Positions 1 to 10,642 of a DNA stretch of 41,060 bases are shown piece by piece. Location of the stretch: IMG/VR virus record IMGVR_UViG_3300033512_000027, positions 1-41,060 of that record. The stretch is one strand, 5' to 3'. The first letter of the stretch is position 1. Every line of letters starts with the position of its first letter. The translations under genes were made by a program, and so were the position numbers. The notes below the pieces were generated by a model. That model was not told the origin of the DNA. It ran no database searches and saw only the letters and a program-made list of their open reading frames with translations. The DNA is from a virus (lineage: Duplodnaviria; Caudoviricetes).

Positions 1-332
1 ATACCTAATGCAAAAGTTTGTAAAATAGAATCAGCTCCTGTATGTAATAAACTTTTATATTGTCCTGATGATGGTAGTGTTGTAATTTTAGCCCACATTG
101 AGAATGTTCTAGCTGCTGCTCCTGTCGGTACCCCAGTTGAACCAAAATTAATTACAGATGTTGTTCCATTAAATACCCCAGCACTATCAAACTGTCCTGC
201 ACTATAGCTCATAGCAGTATCAGTTCCGTTATTACTTCCTTTTGAGTCAAGAGAATTACCATCTAATTTCCAATAAGAAACTAGGTTTGCATCATTTATA
301 AATTTAGTTTGTGAGAGAGGTCTGAAAGCCAT
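1..332 (-). CDS. LamG/concanavalin-A-like domain virion protein (runs off the window edge)
   Basis: Not in the ORF track. Manual translation from ATG at 332: MAFRPLSQTKFINDANLVSYWKLDGNSLDSKGSNNGT...AGVFNGTTSVI...RTFSMWAK, a typical LamG-like N-terminus. Confidence 0.75.
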   Translation of the reverse strand, partial: MAFRPLSQTKFINDANLVSYWKLDGNSLDSKGSNNGTDTAMSYSAGQFDSAGVFNGTTSVINFGSTGVPTGAAARTFSMWAKITTLPSSGQYKSLLHTGADSILQTFALG

Positions 333-334
333 AA

Positions 335-3076
335 TTATGAAAGATTTAAATATCTAGTAGGTAAAACATATAATTGAACATACAAATCGACTGCATTTGT
401 AGTTTGAATTGCATCTATGTCTATTGAAACTTTTTGATTAAGAGTAAGTGATTTTGCTGTATCTGCTGTGAATGGTGTAGGACTTGTTGCTACTGTTGTT
501 GCTAGTGTAGGCTTTGTTGTGAAAGCTGTTGTTCCTGCGATATTTATATCTATTGTAGTACTGTTTGTAGTTCCTGCTGTTCCTACTTGTAAATCAGCAC
601 CGAGAACTCTCATAGGTTCTGTTGCGTAATAAGCATTTGCTACGTCTGTTGCTACAGCTCCGATATTCCCTGCTACTGCAAAATTCTTTTGGAACATTTC
701 TACTCCGAGCATACAGTATTTAAGTGAACTTGCATCTATAGAAGCCATAGTATCTCCTATGATTGTAATTGTAGTGTTTGGTGAACCATAAGTACTTGGT
801 ATTGAAACCATAGCTACTCTTACTGTACTACTTTCTGTCCATTTAATTATCATTCCTTTTGCAACATAAGAAGTAACATCTCCTGTAACTGTAAATGAAG
901 TATTACCTACTCTTGTTGGTGTTCCTGGCATTAGAGTCCACATTCCACCACCTGAAGCACTAGGAGTTTGCCAAGTTGCAGCAGTTGAAGATGTTGCAGT
1001 AAGAACCTGTCCTGTTGTTGGAGCTGTTGCAGAAGATACATTAATAACTGTTGTTGCACTATTTAACGCATCTGTCTTTGCTGATTTACCTGTAGTATCT
1101 TGGTTAAGTGTTGGGAAGGTACAATTAGTAAGTGTCCCTGATGATGGTGTTCCTAAAGCCTGTGATTGATATACAATATTACCATCTGATACTGCTGTAT
1201 CAAATTGTGCCATTGTTCCTGATATACCTACTATAGATGTTTGGTCACCTGTGTTTGTACCTGTTACAGAACCATTAAGAGTTCCTGATGTTATAGTTGC
1301 TCCATTTATACTTGTAGCTGTTGCTACACCTAATGATGGTGTTGTAAATGAAGGAGATAGTAATGGTGCTTTCAAAGCTAAGGCGTCATACACAACGTCT
1401 TCACTTGGTGCATTAGTAGTAACTCCATTTGTAATTGTTTGAGTGATATTAGATGCTGTAAGATTTCCTGAAGCTATACCTGTTAATGCACCTACAAATG
1501 TAGTGGCAGTCAATTCTCCTATGCTTGGTTTGAAAGATAGTTTTGTTGTTGATACTTTAGCTGCATAGTTACCTCCATCTGTTGCTGTCCATAAAGGATA
1601 TACAGAAGATGCAGTAGTTGTATCATTTTGATTATTTACTGGGATAGTTATAGGAGCACTACCGTTAAATCCTACACCATTTAAGGCTCTTGAAGTAGCG
1701 AGTGTTGTTGCTGTTCCTGCATTACCAGATATACTCCCTGTTATTGTATTTGTAACATCTAAATCAGTTGTCCAAAGTTTAGCTAATCTTGAACCAGTGA
1801 GTCCTATTGTTTGAGGTGTTGATTGGTCTGTTAGTACTGCACCTGCTGTTGATACTGTTAAATCACCAGCTCCTAAAATAGATGAGCCATTTATAGTCTT
1901 GATATTTGTAGCAGATACAAGTGTATTTTGTTTACTTGCTAGTGCGTCAAATACAGCATTCTGACTTGGTGCTATTGTTGTTACTCCGTCTACTATTACA
2001 TCCTCTACTTGACTTACTACACTTAAAGGACTAGCCACAGTACCGCCACCTGTTAGAGTTGCATCTGTTACTACTGTTGAAAGATAATTACCTGATGGAC
2101 TCACTACACTTACGAGTCTATTACCAGAAATAACTGAAACTTCTTGTAGTCTCCAGTTTGTTGTAAAGTCTATTATAATTCTTCCTATGAGTAGTAATTC
2201 AGGTACTACAACTCCTAATGTTCCTAAGTTAAGTTCTCCTGAGTTTCTTTGTTTCTCGGTTGTTACTGCTATAGCAATAGCTCCTGCACTTGAATTTTGA
2301 GCCTGTGTAATCCATTGAGGTTGTACGAATATGTATCTATACGCTTGTGAACCTGCACTAGCTGTTACTGGTACTGCATATACCCATACTGATGCTACCG
2401 AGTTAGCTGGCATCAATGTCTGACCCCAGTTAGGTGTTGAAAAAGTATTGTAATATGGATTATTAGTAGATAAAGATATTATATCTCCACTTGCTAGTGT
2501 ATAAGCACCTACAGAAGCTCCTGTTAAGTTATATGTAGTATAAGACTTTGATGTAAGTGCTGGAATTGAAGTAGGTAAATCTTCATCTGCCATTGATGTA
2601 GCATCTACATCTGGTCGTCTATTTGCTGCGGTTGTTGAATTTAAGGTGTATTGAGCTGATGGGAATGTACCTCCTGCTGTTTTATATGCTCCTACTGTTT
2701 CGTGGAGTTCTTTATGAGTCTGCCAGTTCATTAGACCATGACATTCTCTTAATGAATATTTATTTGTAGTATCATAATTTACTAAAGATATTAAAACCAC
2801 ATCAAATCCTGGGAATGAATTATCTGCCCAGACAAATGCTGTTCCATTATAGTATAGGAAGTATGTATGTCCTGTTACATTAGGATGAGCCGCTGATACC
2901 CATCCACTTACGAAGGTAGGATTAGCTACTGATATATCAGTTCCTCTATAATAAGCTGTTATAGTTCCAGTTAGAGTTACCTTTTGTGTTGTTGGGTCAT
3001 AGTTAATAACCACATCTGCTGGAGATAGGAATCCCGTTGGCTCTCTTGTTAGGTTGTTATAGAGTATTTTTGACAT
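335..3076 (-). CDS. long tail fibre / receptor-binding protein
   Basis: 913 aa, Thr/Ser/Gly-rich; internal repeat TT(I/N)APS(Q/E)xxV(F/Y)DALA; lies in the fibre region of the structural operon. Confidence 0.75.
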   Translation of the reverse strand: MSKILYNNLTREPTGFLSPADVVINYDPTTQKVTLTGTITAYYRGTDISVANPTFVSGWVSAAHPNVTGHTYFLYYNGTAFVWADNSFPGFDVVLISLVNYDTTNKYSLRECHGLMNWQTHKELHETVGAYKTAGGTFPSAQYTLNSTTAANRRPDVDATSMADEDLPTSIPALTSKSYTTYNLTGASVGAYTLASGDIISLSTNNPYYNTFSTPNWGQTLMPANSVASVWVYAVPVTASAGSQAYRYIFVQPQWITQAQNSSAGAIAIAVTTEKQRNSGELNLGTLGVVVPELLLIGRIIIDFTTNWRLQEVSVISGNRLVSVVSPSGNYLSTVVTDATLTGGGTVASPLSVVSQVEDVIVDGVTTIAPSQNAVFDALASKQNTLVSATNIKTINGSSILGAGDLTVSTAGAVLTDQSTPQTIGLTGSRLAKLWTTDLDVTNTITGSISGNAGTATTLATSRALNGVGFNGSAPITIPVNNQNDTTTASSVYPLWTATDGGNYAAKVSTTKLSFKPSIGELTATTFVGALTGIASGNLTASNITQTITNGVTTNAPSEDVVYDALALKAPLLSPSFTTPSLGVATATSINGATITSGTLNGSVTGTNTGDQTSIVGISGTMAQFDTAVSDGNIVYQSQALGTPSSGTLTNCTFPTLNQDTTGKSAKTDALNSATTVINVSSATAPTTGQVLTATSSTAATWQTPSASGGGMWTLMPGTPTRVGNTSFTVTGDVTSYVAKGMIIKWTESSTVRVAMVSIPSTYGSPNTTITIIGDTMASIDASSLKYCMLGVEMFQKNFAVAGNIGAVATDVANAYYATEPMRVLGADLQVGTAGTTNSTTIDINIAGTTAFTTKPTLATTVATSPTPFTADTAKSLTLNQKVSIDIDAIQTTNAVDLYVQLYVLPTRYLNLS

Positions 3077-3080
3077 ATAT

Positions 3081-3467
3081 TTATATTGTTACTTCTTCTA
3101 AAATGGGTTGTTCTAAAGGTGCTACTTCATCTATAGCTTTCATAAATTCTTCTTTTGATGCTTCCATTTCTAGTCTAGCTTCTTCTCTCTCTACTAGGAT
3201 AGCTTCTTTTTGCATTAAGATTTTAGTTGGTTTTATTACCATTAGTTTAGCTTCTTCCATCTTTGAAACTACTGGAAGTGGAGCTACATAGGCTTCATCC
3301 ATTAGTTCTAATTCTGCTACTAGCTTTTCTATTGTACCTGCTTGGTCTAACTTTTCTTCCGTTGTGAAGAAATGCTCTAGGTATACAGAATTATTTGTAC
3401 TGTTTAAACAGATGAATAGACTATCTCCGCACTCTTCAAAACGACTTATTGTGTATGATTTTTCCAT
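3081..3467 (-). CDS. hypothetical acidic protein, possible fibre chaperone
   Basis: 128 aa ORF tightly packed between two fibre genes. Confidence 0.55.
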   Translation of the reverse strand: MEKSYTISRFEECGDSLFICLNSTNNSVYLEHFFTTEEKLDQAGTIEKLVAELELMDEAYVAPLPVVSKMEEAKLMVIKPTKILMQKEAILVEREEARLEMEASKEEFMKAIDEVAPLEQPILEEVTI

Positions 3468-3476
3468 ATATTTTTA

Positions 3477-5240
3477 TTAGATGATGATGTAGTTAGCACC
3501 GTCACTCATTACTTTTAAATTATCTAAACTATTAACCCCTTGTGTTGTTACTCCATCTATTGTCTGTGAACTTGTTGTTGCTACTGTGATTACTCCTGTT
3601 CCACTATTCTTTATGTTATATACTCTACCCGTTATTCCTACTGCTGTTGGGAGAGTTACTGTGAAGCTATTAGTGGTGCAATTTATTAGATAGTCTGTGG
3701 CGTCTGCGGTATAGTTAGCTGTTTTAGCTACATAAGCGTGAGTTACTGAACCTGCTATATGTAGTTTAGAAGTTGGTGCAGTCGTCCCGATGCCGACGTT
3801 GCCGTTAGGAATTATTAAATTACCACTACCTTTTGTTTGAAGATTTAATCCTATGTTTGTATCAGTTCCAAGTACAGAAATAGTTGGATTGCCAGTTGTA
3901 ATAGCTCCAGTAAAAGATAAATAATTTACTGCTGATGCTGTATGAGTAACTTCTGCTTGTTTTAATGAACCAGTATTTGCATTTGTGACAAATCTTATAC
4001 CACCAGTACCATCGGCCTCTAAAGAAATGCTACCGTTAGCAACGGGAGAATTATCTACTTTAAATCTAACTACATTAGATTGTTGGTAAACTCCAAAAGA
4101 ACCAGTAGAACCACCATCACCTTGAATGTAAAATGTTGAATAACCTTTAGTATAAAAATCCAATCTACCATTACCTCTAATACCACTTATACCTTCTTTA
4201 CCACCAGATTGGTCTCCGATTTCCATAGTCACCTCGCGATTCCCTGTATAAGAGCCCCTATCTACTCTTATTGTTCCATTTGAATTAATATTAGTTAAAT
4301 CTAAACTTCTCACTGGATTCGTATTTCCAATCCCGACGTTGCCTTCTTTAAGTATAGTCAATCTCTCTGTATTATTAGTTTCAAATCCTATATCAAAGTC
4401 ATCATTTGAACCAATGAGTTTCTTAGCACCGTTGGTGTTTCCACCCCATAGGACATCTCCACCTCCTGTTTGAACATCTGCTGAAAGAACACCATTACCA
4501 TCTATTGATAGTCTAGTCCCTACTTTAACACCTCCAAGAACTGTGTCTGAAGCTGTGGGGAGTGTATAAGGTGTTGGGTTAGTGTTAGTTACTATTGGAT
4601 TAGCTGGGTCTGTAGAGTTTACTGAGATACCTGTTCCTGCTACAACTGTTTCTACAATTCCTGAACCTGAGCCACCAACTACTTCTTCCCAATTTTCATC
4701 TTTACGAGCATATTGTTTCCCATCTATAGGAGCTTCAGGTAATCCATTAGAACCACTAGCACCTACTGCTAATACTTGTCTTACTTTTTTATTAAAATCT
4801 CCATCAATAGCTTCAATAGAAAGCCATTGTTTTTTTACTCCTTGTAATTTAGAAACTATTTCATCGGCTGAATCAGGTGAGCCATTCTTTCCATCTTTAC
4901 CATCAATACCATTAGAACCATCTTTCCCGTCTTTACCTTTGTCTCCCTTATCTCCTTTAGGACCAGCTATTTTACTATCAGCTCCTTTATCACCTTTGTC
5001 TCCCTTATCACCTTTTATAGAATCTCCCTTGTCTCCTTTATCACCTTTATCTCCTTGTTCCCCCTTATCACCTTTATCTCCTTTCAACCCCTTAACAGTA
5101 AAAATAGCACCATCACCTATTTCTTTTGGTGATAATGTTTCAGTTAATGAGTCTGCTAGTTTATCAACAGAAGAAGCTATATCTTCATAGCCCTTCTTGT
5201 GCATTTGAAACTTTTGTCTTTCTATTTTAGTATCTTCCAT
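3477..5240 (-). CDS. collagen-like repeat tail fibre / spike protein
   Basis: (GDK)n Gly-X-Y repeats, EAPIDGKQYARKD motif, GNVGIGT repeats and a C-terminal beta domain typical of phage fibres. Confidence 0.8.
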   Translation of the reverse strand: MEDTKIERQKFQMHKKGYEDIASSVDKLADSLTETLSPKEIGDGAIFTVKGLKGDKGDKGEQGDKGDKGDKGDSIKGDKGDKGDKGADSKIAGPKGDKGDKGKDGKDGSNGIDGKDGKNGSPDSADEIVSKLQGVKKQWLSIEAIDGDFNKKVRQVLAVGASGSNGLPEAPIDGKQYARKDENWEEVVGGSGSGIVETVVAGTGISVNSTDPANPIVTNTNPTPYTLPTASDTVLGGVKVGTRLSIDGNGVLSADVQTGGGDVLWGGNTNGAKKLIGSNDDFDIGFETNNTERLTILKEGNVGIGNTNPVRSLDLTNINSNGTIRVDRGSYTGNREVTMEIGDQSGGKEGISGIRGNGRLDFYTKGYSTFYIQGDGGSTGSFGVYQQSNVVRFKVDNSPVANGSISLEADGTGGIRFVTNANTGSLKQAEVTHTASAVNYLSFTGAITTGNPTISVLGTDTNIGLNLQTKGSGNLIIPNGNVGIGTTAPTSKLHIAGSVTHAYVAKTANYTADATDYLINCTTNSFTVTLPTAVGITGRVYNIKNSGTGVITVATTSSQTIDGVTTQGVNSLDNLKVMSDGANYIII

Positions 5241-5248
5241 ATTATTGT

Positions 5249-5277
5249 ATTATAACATAAATTAGTGAATATGTCAA
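5249..5277 (-). promoter_or_regulatory. sigma70-type promoter for the fibre genes
   Basis: Minus strand TTGACA-17 bp-TATAAT with extended TG, 8 bp before the ATG at 5240. Confidence 0.8.
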
Positions 5278-5280
5278 GTG

Positions 5281-7017
5281 CTATTTGCCTGTGATTAAAT
5301 CTAGTGGTGAACGATAAGAACCTTCACCTTTTGACTTAGGCTGAGTAACTGAACCTCCTAGGAATTCTATAAATGATGATAGAGCAATTATTCCAGCTTC
5401 CTCATTCTTTTCTGTATCTTTCCATGGATTATCTAGTGTGATTGGAACAAATAAAGACCTAGCAACGGATTCTGCTGTTGGCTTATTACCTGAATAATCT
5501 CTTTGTTCTAGAATATCACGCCCTATTCCTGGCACAGGAGCTAATTTTCCTTTCATAAAGTCTACAAGAACATTCATTCCAGTATCTTTATATCCAGGAT
5601 TTTCAATTTTATTCCATGTTCTACCAATAAGTGAGAAGTAAGAAGCTATGTTTCCTGTTACATCTACCCATTTCTTTGTTCCAGGTATTCTAACCTTTCC
5701 AAAAGTAGATTCCTTTGGGTTCCATCCTACATCAGTAAAAGCAGAAAGAGTTGTCATAATACCTCCGATAAGAGCAAGGTGTTTAGCTGCTTGTGCTCTT
5801 GCTATTTTACCTGCTTCACCTGTCATAGTAAAAGCATGTCTAAATGTATTTAGGTTAGCTACTTGGTATCTAGCAGAGAATAGAACCTTGTTTAATGTAC
5901 CAGCAATAGCTTCAGCTCCACCAAGACCTCCTCTACCAGTAGTAGAGTTAGCAATCCTAGCAAATTGTTTCATCATATCTGCATCTGGTTTAGCACCACC
6001 ATTTGCGTTCTCAAATAGTTTTACGTATTTTTCAAATAGGTCCATACGTGAGCCTTGGGAGAACATTGTGAAGGCTTCATCTGATGCCTTAAATAGATTT
6101 CCTAATCCAGGAATCTTTTGAACTACACTTGTTGGGAAGAAATCTTCAACTACTCCAATAGCAAGTTTAGCTTTAATTGCGGATTGGTATAAATCTCTTG
6201 TAACTAAATCTGCCTTAAATGCAGTAGCCATTTCTTCCATAGCATCTTTGGATAATACTTTACTCCACATACTCCAAGTGTTCCCAGCTTGTTTAGTAAA
6301 TGTTGCTGGGTCAGCAGATAATACTTTTAATCCTTGTCTAAATAGTACAGAGTTATCGAGAGATGCTTTAACTGACTTAATAGCTGGTGAAAGAACCACA
6401 TTACCAATTTCATTGATAACTTGTCCTACCATTCCAAACCATTCTTTATCTTTAGCTTTACCTGATATTCTTTGTCCAGCAAGTTTAAGTTCTCCACCGA
6501 TTGATTGAGATACTTGTTTTAAGTCTCCTACAGTATTTGAAAGTTCTACTACCTTCTTACCCCATTCTAATTTTTCAACAGAACCATCTGGTGTACCCGT
6601 AGCCTTAGCTTTTAGTTCGTCAATTTCATTACGAATTTCAAACATCTTCTTTACTTTTTCGTCTGGAACATCTAATTCATATTTTCTATCAAGTGTATCT
6701 TTAACAATAGCAAGGAGTTCATTATCTTTAATTATTCCATTCTTTTCAGCTACTCTCTTTTCGAAATTTTCTCTCATCTTTGCTTTCTTTTCAATAGAGA
6801 CACCATCAATATCATCAATGAATTTATTGAATGCTTTCTTTTGATTTTTAAGTAGAAGTGTCTTTTCAAATAGAACACTTATATTCTTTCCAGTTTCATC
6901 ACCAAGAACCTCCGATAACGCTTTAGTACGTTCTTCGGAGCTTAGTTTAGTTAGATTAAGATTTTTTACTTGTTCTACTAATTCTGGAGGAATACATGTT
7001 GAAGTTATTTTAGCCAT
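5281..7017 (-). CDS. internal virion (ejection) protein
   Basis: 578 aa, helical and Lys-rich; last of three large genes after the tail genes, as in podovirus ejection modules. Confidence 0.6.
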   Translation of the reverse strand: MAKITSTCIPPELVEQVKNLNLTKLSSEERTKALSEVLGDETGKNISVLFEKTLLLKNQKKAFNKFIDDIDGVSIEKKAKMRENFEKRVAEKNGIIKDNELLAIVKDTLDRKYELDVPDEKVKKMFEIRNEIDELKAKATGTPDGSVEKLEWGKKVVELSNTVGDLKQVSQSIGGELKLAGQRISGKAKDKEWFGMVGQVINEIGNVVLSPAIKSVKASLDNSVLFRQGLKVLSADPATFTKQAGNTWSMWSKVLSKDAMEEMATAFKADLVTRDLYQSAIKAKLAIGVVEDFFPTSVVQKIPGLGNLFKASDEAFTMFSQGSRMDLFEKYVKLFENANGGAKPDADMMKQFARIANSTTGRGGLGGAEAIAGTLNKVLFSARYQVANLNTFRHAFTMTGEAGKIARAQAAKHLALIGGIMTTLSAFTDVGWNPKESTFGKVRIPGTKKWVDVTGNIASYFSLIGRTWNKIENPGYKDTGMNVLVDFMKGKLAPVPGIGRDILEQRDYSGNKPTAESVARSLFVPITLDNPWKDTEKNEEAGIIALSSFIEFLGGSVTQPKSKGEGSYRSPLDLITGK

Positions 7018-7019
7018 AA

Positions 7020-8573
7020 TTATTTACATATCAAAACCTTACTAATAATATCTTCGACTTCTTCTATTGTTGGAATTTGTTTCTTCATTTGTTCTACTCT
7101 AGTTGATACTTTATCAAACCAAGACTTAGCTTCTGCATCATATCTAGCATCTGATATACCAACTTGTTTTGCTCTTACTTTTTTAATTTCAATTAAATCA
7201 TCTACTAAGTTATCCTTATCTGCCATTTGAAGAGCAACTTGAGCTTGTCCAGACTTTGAACGAACAGGTGAGTTTGCTAACATTTGTGATAGGTTAATAT
7301 CGTTAGTTTCTTTTGCTATATTCTTAAGAGCAGCATAGTAAGCTGTTTGAGGTATAGTATTTTGAATTGTCTTTTCTCCTCCAAGAGCAACACTTGTAAG
7401 TTCGTCTTTTGGTATTGAACGTAAATCTTGGGACCATTGTTTAAATGTTCCTTCATCAAAACCTTCAATATAGTTAGACATTTCTTTTACATCTCTAGCT
7501 ATAGCTTCTGGAGCTACTTCAACTCTTTGAATAGATGTTGGTAGTTCAGATTGTACATTTGGAGTATCATTAATAACACCAGGAATTACTTCTTGTTTTT
7601 TACTATTAATTATAGATTGAATCTTTTCAGATGGCTTACCTGTATATTCAGAAGTAACATCTTTAAATACTGGAGTGATACCAGTCTCCTTGGCTGCTTG
7701 AAGTGTATGTCTTCCGTCTTCAATAACAATCTTTCCATCTACCTCTCTAAGTCTAACTTCTCTACTTGATATTTCCTGTGGGTTTTCTTTTAAGAATTTA
7801 GTTGTTCCTTCTTTAATTCCAGATGTGTTTTTAGATAAAGCATTATCAGCAACATTGTCTATTTTAGTTATTATTGGATTAATTTTCTTTTCAACTACTT
7901 CTGTAGCTTTCTTACCCAATAATTTATTACTTAATCCTCCAAGTAAAGGTCCTGCAATAGTACCAATAGCTGTATCAACTGCTAACTTTTTAGGTGATAT
8001 AGTTGTACCTTTTTCAACCATATCTCTACCTTGATAACCAAGAGAACCACCAAATCCAGTAATAGCTCCTTCTTTGGCTAATCTTTTACCTTCTATCTTT
8101 AAAAATTGTTTAAGAGGTGTTTTGAATACATTCTTACCAGTACCAATAATCTTACCAGTTCCTGTAGCATAAGAACCAATTTCAAGACCTGTTGCTGCTG
8201 ACTTAACTACTGTATCTAAATTACTTCTTTCTATTGGAGATTTTGTTATATCTATCTTTCCAAGTCCTTCCACTTTTCCAAGATACTTATTTGTAAGTGG
8301 TGCTTCTGTTGCACCTTTCTTTGTAAGTGATTGTCCAGCTTGTACAATATTAGTTGCTATATCAGCTACTGGTTTTATTGCACCACGAAGAAGAGAACCA
8401 GCTAATGTTGGCTCTGCTCTTGTAGATTTAACTGAAACTGGTAAACCCTTTTTAGTAAGTTCTGCTTTCTGTGTAACTACTTTTTCTTCTAATGTTTTAC
8501 CCTTAGCCCAATTATATTTACTACCTGTTTTAACTTCTTCTTCTTTTGTTGTAGTATTCCAATTGTAAGCCAT
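7020..8573 (-). CDS. internal virion protein with a ParB/Srx-like segment
   Basis: Gly/Ala-rich hydrophobic stretches plus VRLREVDGKIVIEDGRHTLQAAKETG, resembling the ParB DGxHR motif. Confidence 0.55.
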   Translation of the reverse strand: MAYNWNTTTKEEEVKTGSKYNWAKGKTLEEKVVTQKAELTKKGLPVSVKSTRAEPTLAGSLLRGAIKPVADIATNIVQAGQSLTKKGATEAPLTNKYLGKVEGLGKIDITKSPIERSNLDTVVKSAATGLEIGSYATGTGKIIGTGKNVFKTPLKQFLKIEGKRLAKEGAITGFGGSLGYQGRDMVEKGTTISPKKLAVDTAIGTIAGPLLGGLSNKLLGKKATEVVEKKINPIITKIDNVADNALSKNTSGIKEGTTKFLKENPQEISSREVRLREVDGKIVIEDGRHTLQAAKETGITPVFKDVTSEYTGKPSEKIQSIINSKKQEVIPGVINDTPNVQSELPTSIQRVEVAPEAIARDVKEMSNYIEGFDEGTFKQWSQDLRSIPKDELTSVALGGEKTIQNTIPQTAYYAALKNIAKETNDINLSQMLANSPVRSKSGQAQVALQMADKDNLVDDLIEIKKVRAKQVGISDARYDAEAKSWFDKVSTRVEQMKKQIPTIEEVEDIISKVLICK

Positions 8574-8574
8574 A

Positions 8575-10629
8575 TTATTGTAAGTATGATTTCAATAGAG
8601 TATAAACACTATTTGGCATACCTGATGTTTGTGCTATTTGTTGTAATGATAATCCACTTTCTAGGTCTTTTTGAACTTCATCTAGATTAGCTGAATCAAA
8701 TCCAAGGTTAGATACCTTTGTTTTTAACTTATCATTAATCTTAAGTGTTTCTCCTTTGTAAGCAGGTTCTACTTTTTTACCACCATATTGTTTTATGATT
8801 TCAGCATTTTCACCTGTGTATTGGAATTGCTTATTAGTATTAAACATTGCCTTGGCTACTGCTTCAGGAACATTTTCGTTTGTCATAAGTTTCCACATCA
8901 TCTCTGTGTAATCATCCTTAACTTTATTAGCACGTGTTGTAGCCTTTTCATTTTCAGTTTTAATAGAATCTTGGAACTTAGAAACATAATCAAGACCTTT
9001 CATTTGTGTATCAAATCTTAGTTTCATTATATCTAAACTAATTTCTCTTTCGCTCTTAGACAAATCAGAATTAATATCAAGTATCTTTTCTTCTGTCTTA
9101 GATTCAAGTTCATTAAGTTTATCACTCATGTTAATTTGAGCTTCACGTATTGCAAACTTATATGAGTTCTTGTTAGCAAGTCTTTGTGCTTGGTATTTTT
9201 GTTCAAGTGTTTCTAGACCAACTTGTGCATTACCATCTGTTCTAAGAGCACCAATCTTTGCAAGAAATTCAGTTAGGTTTGCCTTACCTTGTATTCTATT
9301 CATTTCTATTTCAGCATCTTGAGCTTTTTGTTCAGCTTTTAGTTTATCAATAGCTAGATTTGCTCTATCACGAATAGTTGCTTCTTCACGAAGTTCCTTA
9401 TCATTTAGTGCGTCTATCAATGTTTGTGCTTCAGTCTTTTCTTGTTCAGCAGCTGAAAGAACTTTCTTTTCATAGTCAGTTGCAAATGTAGCAATGTTTG
9501 TCATTTGTTGTTCCATTACTTTCTTTTCTCCTGCAAGAGCAGCTGGAGCGGCACCTAACTTAGTAAGATATTCAGGAGTTGTTTGTGCTCCTACAACACC
9601 GTTAGTTACTGTTTTAACTTTAGATATAATATCTTCTGGTTTAACTCCTTGAGGAAGAGTATTAAGTCCTTCTGGTGTCTTATAAAAGGCTACAGCTGCT
9701 TCTGGTGAAGTAAACTGTGAAGCCATATTAGTTGCATAATTTATTGTTTTATTGTTTTGAAATTCACTCTTTGAACCATTTGACATCCAAGCAGTAGAAC
9801 CACCATTAAGGTCATTCTTAAGTCCTGTTGCTAATTCATTAGCTTTGTTTATTATATTTGCATTAGTAGGAGAAGATGGAGCAACTTCAGCCATTAATGA
9901 CATTTCTGGAGATACAGATAAAGAACTCGTTTCTTCTGGAGAAGCTGTTCTACTTACCGTAGAAGTATTATCAGTAACCTTATCTGGTTCTATAGGATTA
10001 ATAACTGGTTCTGTTTGTTCTGTTGTTGAACCACTTTCTGTACTAATCAAAGGCATTGTACTAGATGTTTCTGTTGGTGTTACACCTTCATCTGCTGACG
10101 CAATAGGTGCTTTACCTGAAAATGTTTCCTTAATTGGCTTGTAAGGATTTGCAATTTCTTCTATAGCACTTTTAATTTGATTTTGATTTAGTTTAGGTGC
10201 ATCAATAAGCATTCCCTTGTCGAAAGAGAACTCATTTTCTGAATAACCACTTTTGGCAACACTTCCTTGTAAAGCATCTTTAAATGTTTTACCTATCTTA
10301 CTAAATATATTTCCAAGTTTTGTTTTCTTTGGAGCAGCACTAATTGTTTTACCTATTGGCTTAGTTACAGATGAACCATATTTATTATAACTTAGTCCTT
10401 GTGTTGTAGTAGACTTATTAGTTACAGTTGGTGTAGATTTTGTTGGTAATGAAGAATTTATAGACTTAGCTGTAGTTGTCTTAGTAGGAGTAGGAATAGA
10501 ACCACCATACTTTGCAATAGCAGCATTAGTTTTTGCTCCTTGTATCCCGTCAACCTTTAAGTTAGCTCCCTTTTTATTTAGAGCTGCTTGGATTGACATT
10601 ACTTGTAATTTTGTTTTTGTTTGTGCCAT
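8575..10629 (-). CDS. internal virion protein with N-terminal peptidoglycan-binding domain and coiled coil
   Basis: N-terminal IQAALNKKGANLKVDGIQGAKTNAAIAKY matches the PG_binding_1 pattern; long coiled-coil C-terminal half. Confidence 0.6.
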   Translation of the reverse strand: MAQTKTKLQVMSIQAALNKKGANLKVDGIQGAKTNAAIAKYGGSIPTPTKTTTAKSINSSLPTKSTPTVTNKSTTTQGLSYNKYGSSVTKPIGKTISAAPKKTKLGNIFSKIGKTFKDALQGSVAKSGYSENEFSFDKGMLIDAPKLNQNQIKSAIEEIANPYKPIKETFSGKAPIASADEGVTPTETSSTMPLISTESGSTTEQTEPVINPIEPDKVTDNTSTVSRTASPEETSSLSVSPEMSLMAEVAPSSPTNANIINKANELATGLKNDLNGGSTAWMSNGSKSEFQNNKTINYATNMASQFTSPEAAVAFYKTPEGLNTLPQGVKPEDIISKVKTVTNGVVGAQTTPEYLTKLGAAPAALAGEKKVMEQQMTNIATFATDYEKKVLSAAEQEKTEAQTLIDALNDKELREEATIRDRANLAIDKLKAEQKAQDAEIEMNRIQGKANLTEFLAKIGALRTDGNAQVGLETLEQKYQAQRLANKNSYKFAIREAQINMSDKLNELESKTEEKILDINSDLSKSEREISLDIMKLRFDTQMKGLDYVSKFQDSIKTENEKATTRANKVKDDYTEMMWKLMTNENVPEAVAKAMFNTNKQFQYTGENAEIIKQYGGKKVEPAYKGETLKINDKLKTKVSNLGFDSANLDEVQKDLESGLSLQQIAQTSGMPNSVYTLLKSYLQ

Positions 10630-10642
10630 TTTAGTTTAATTA

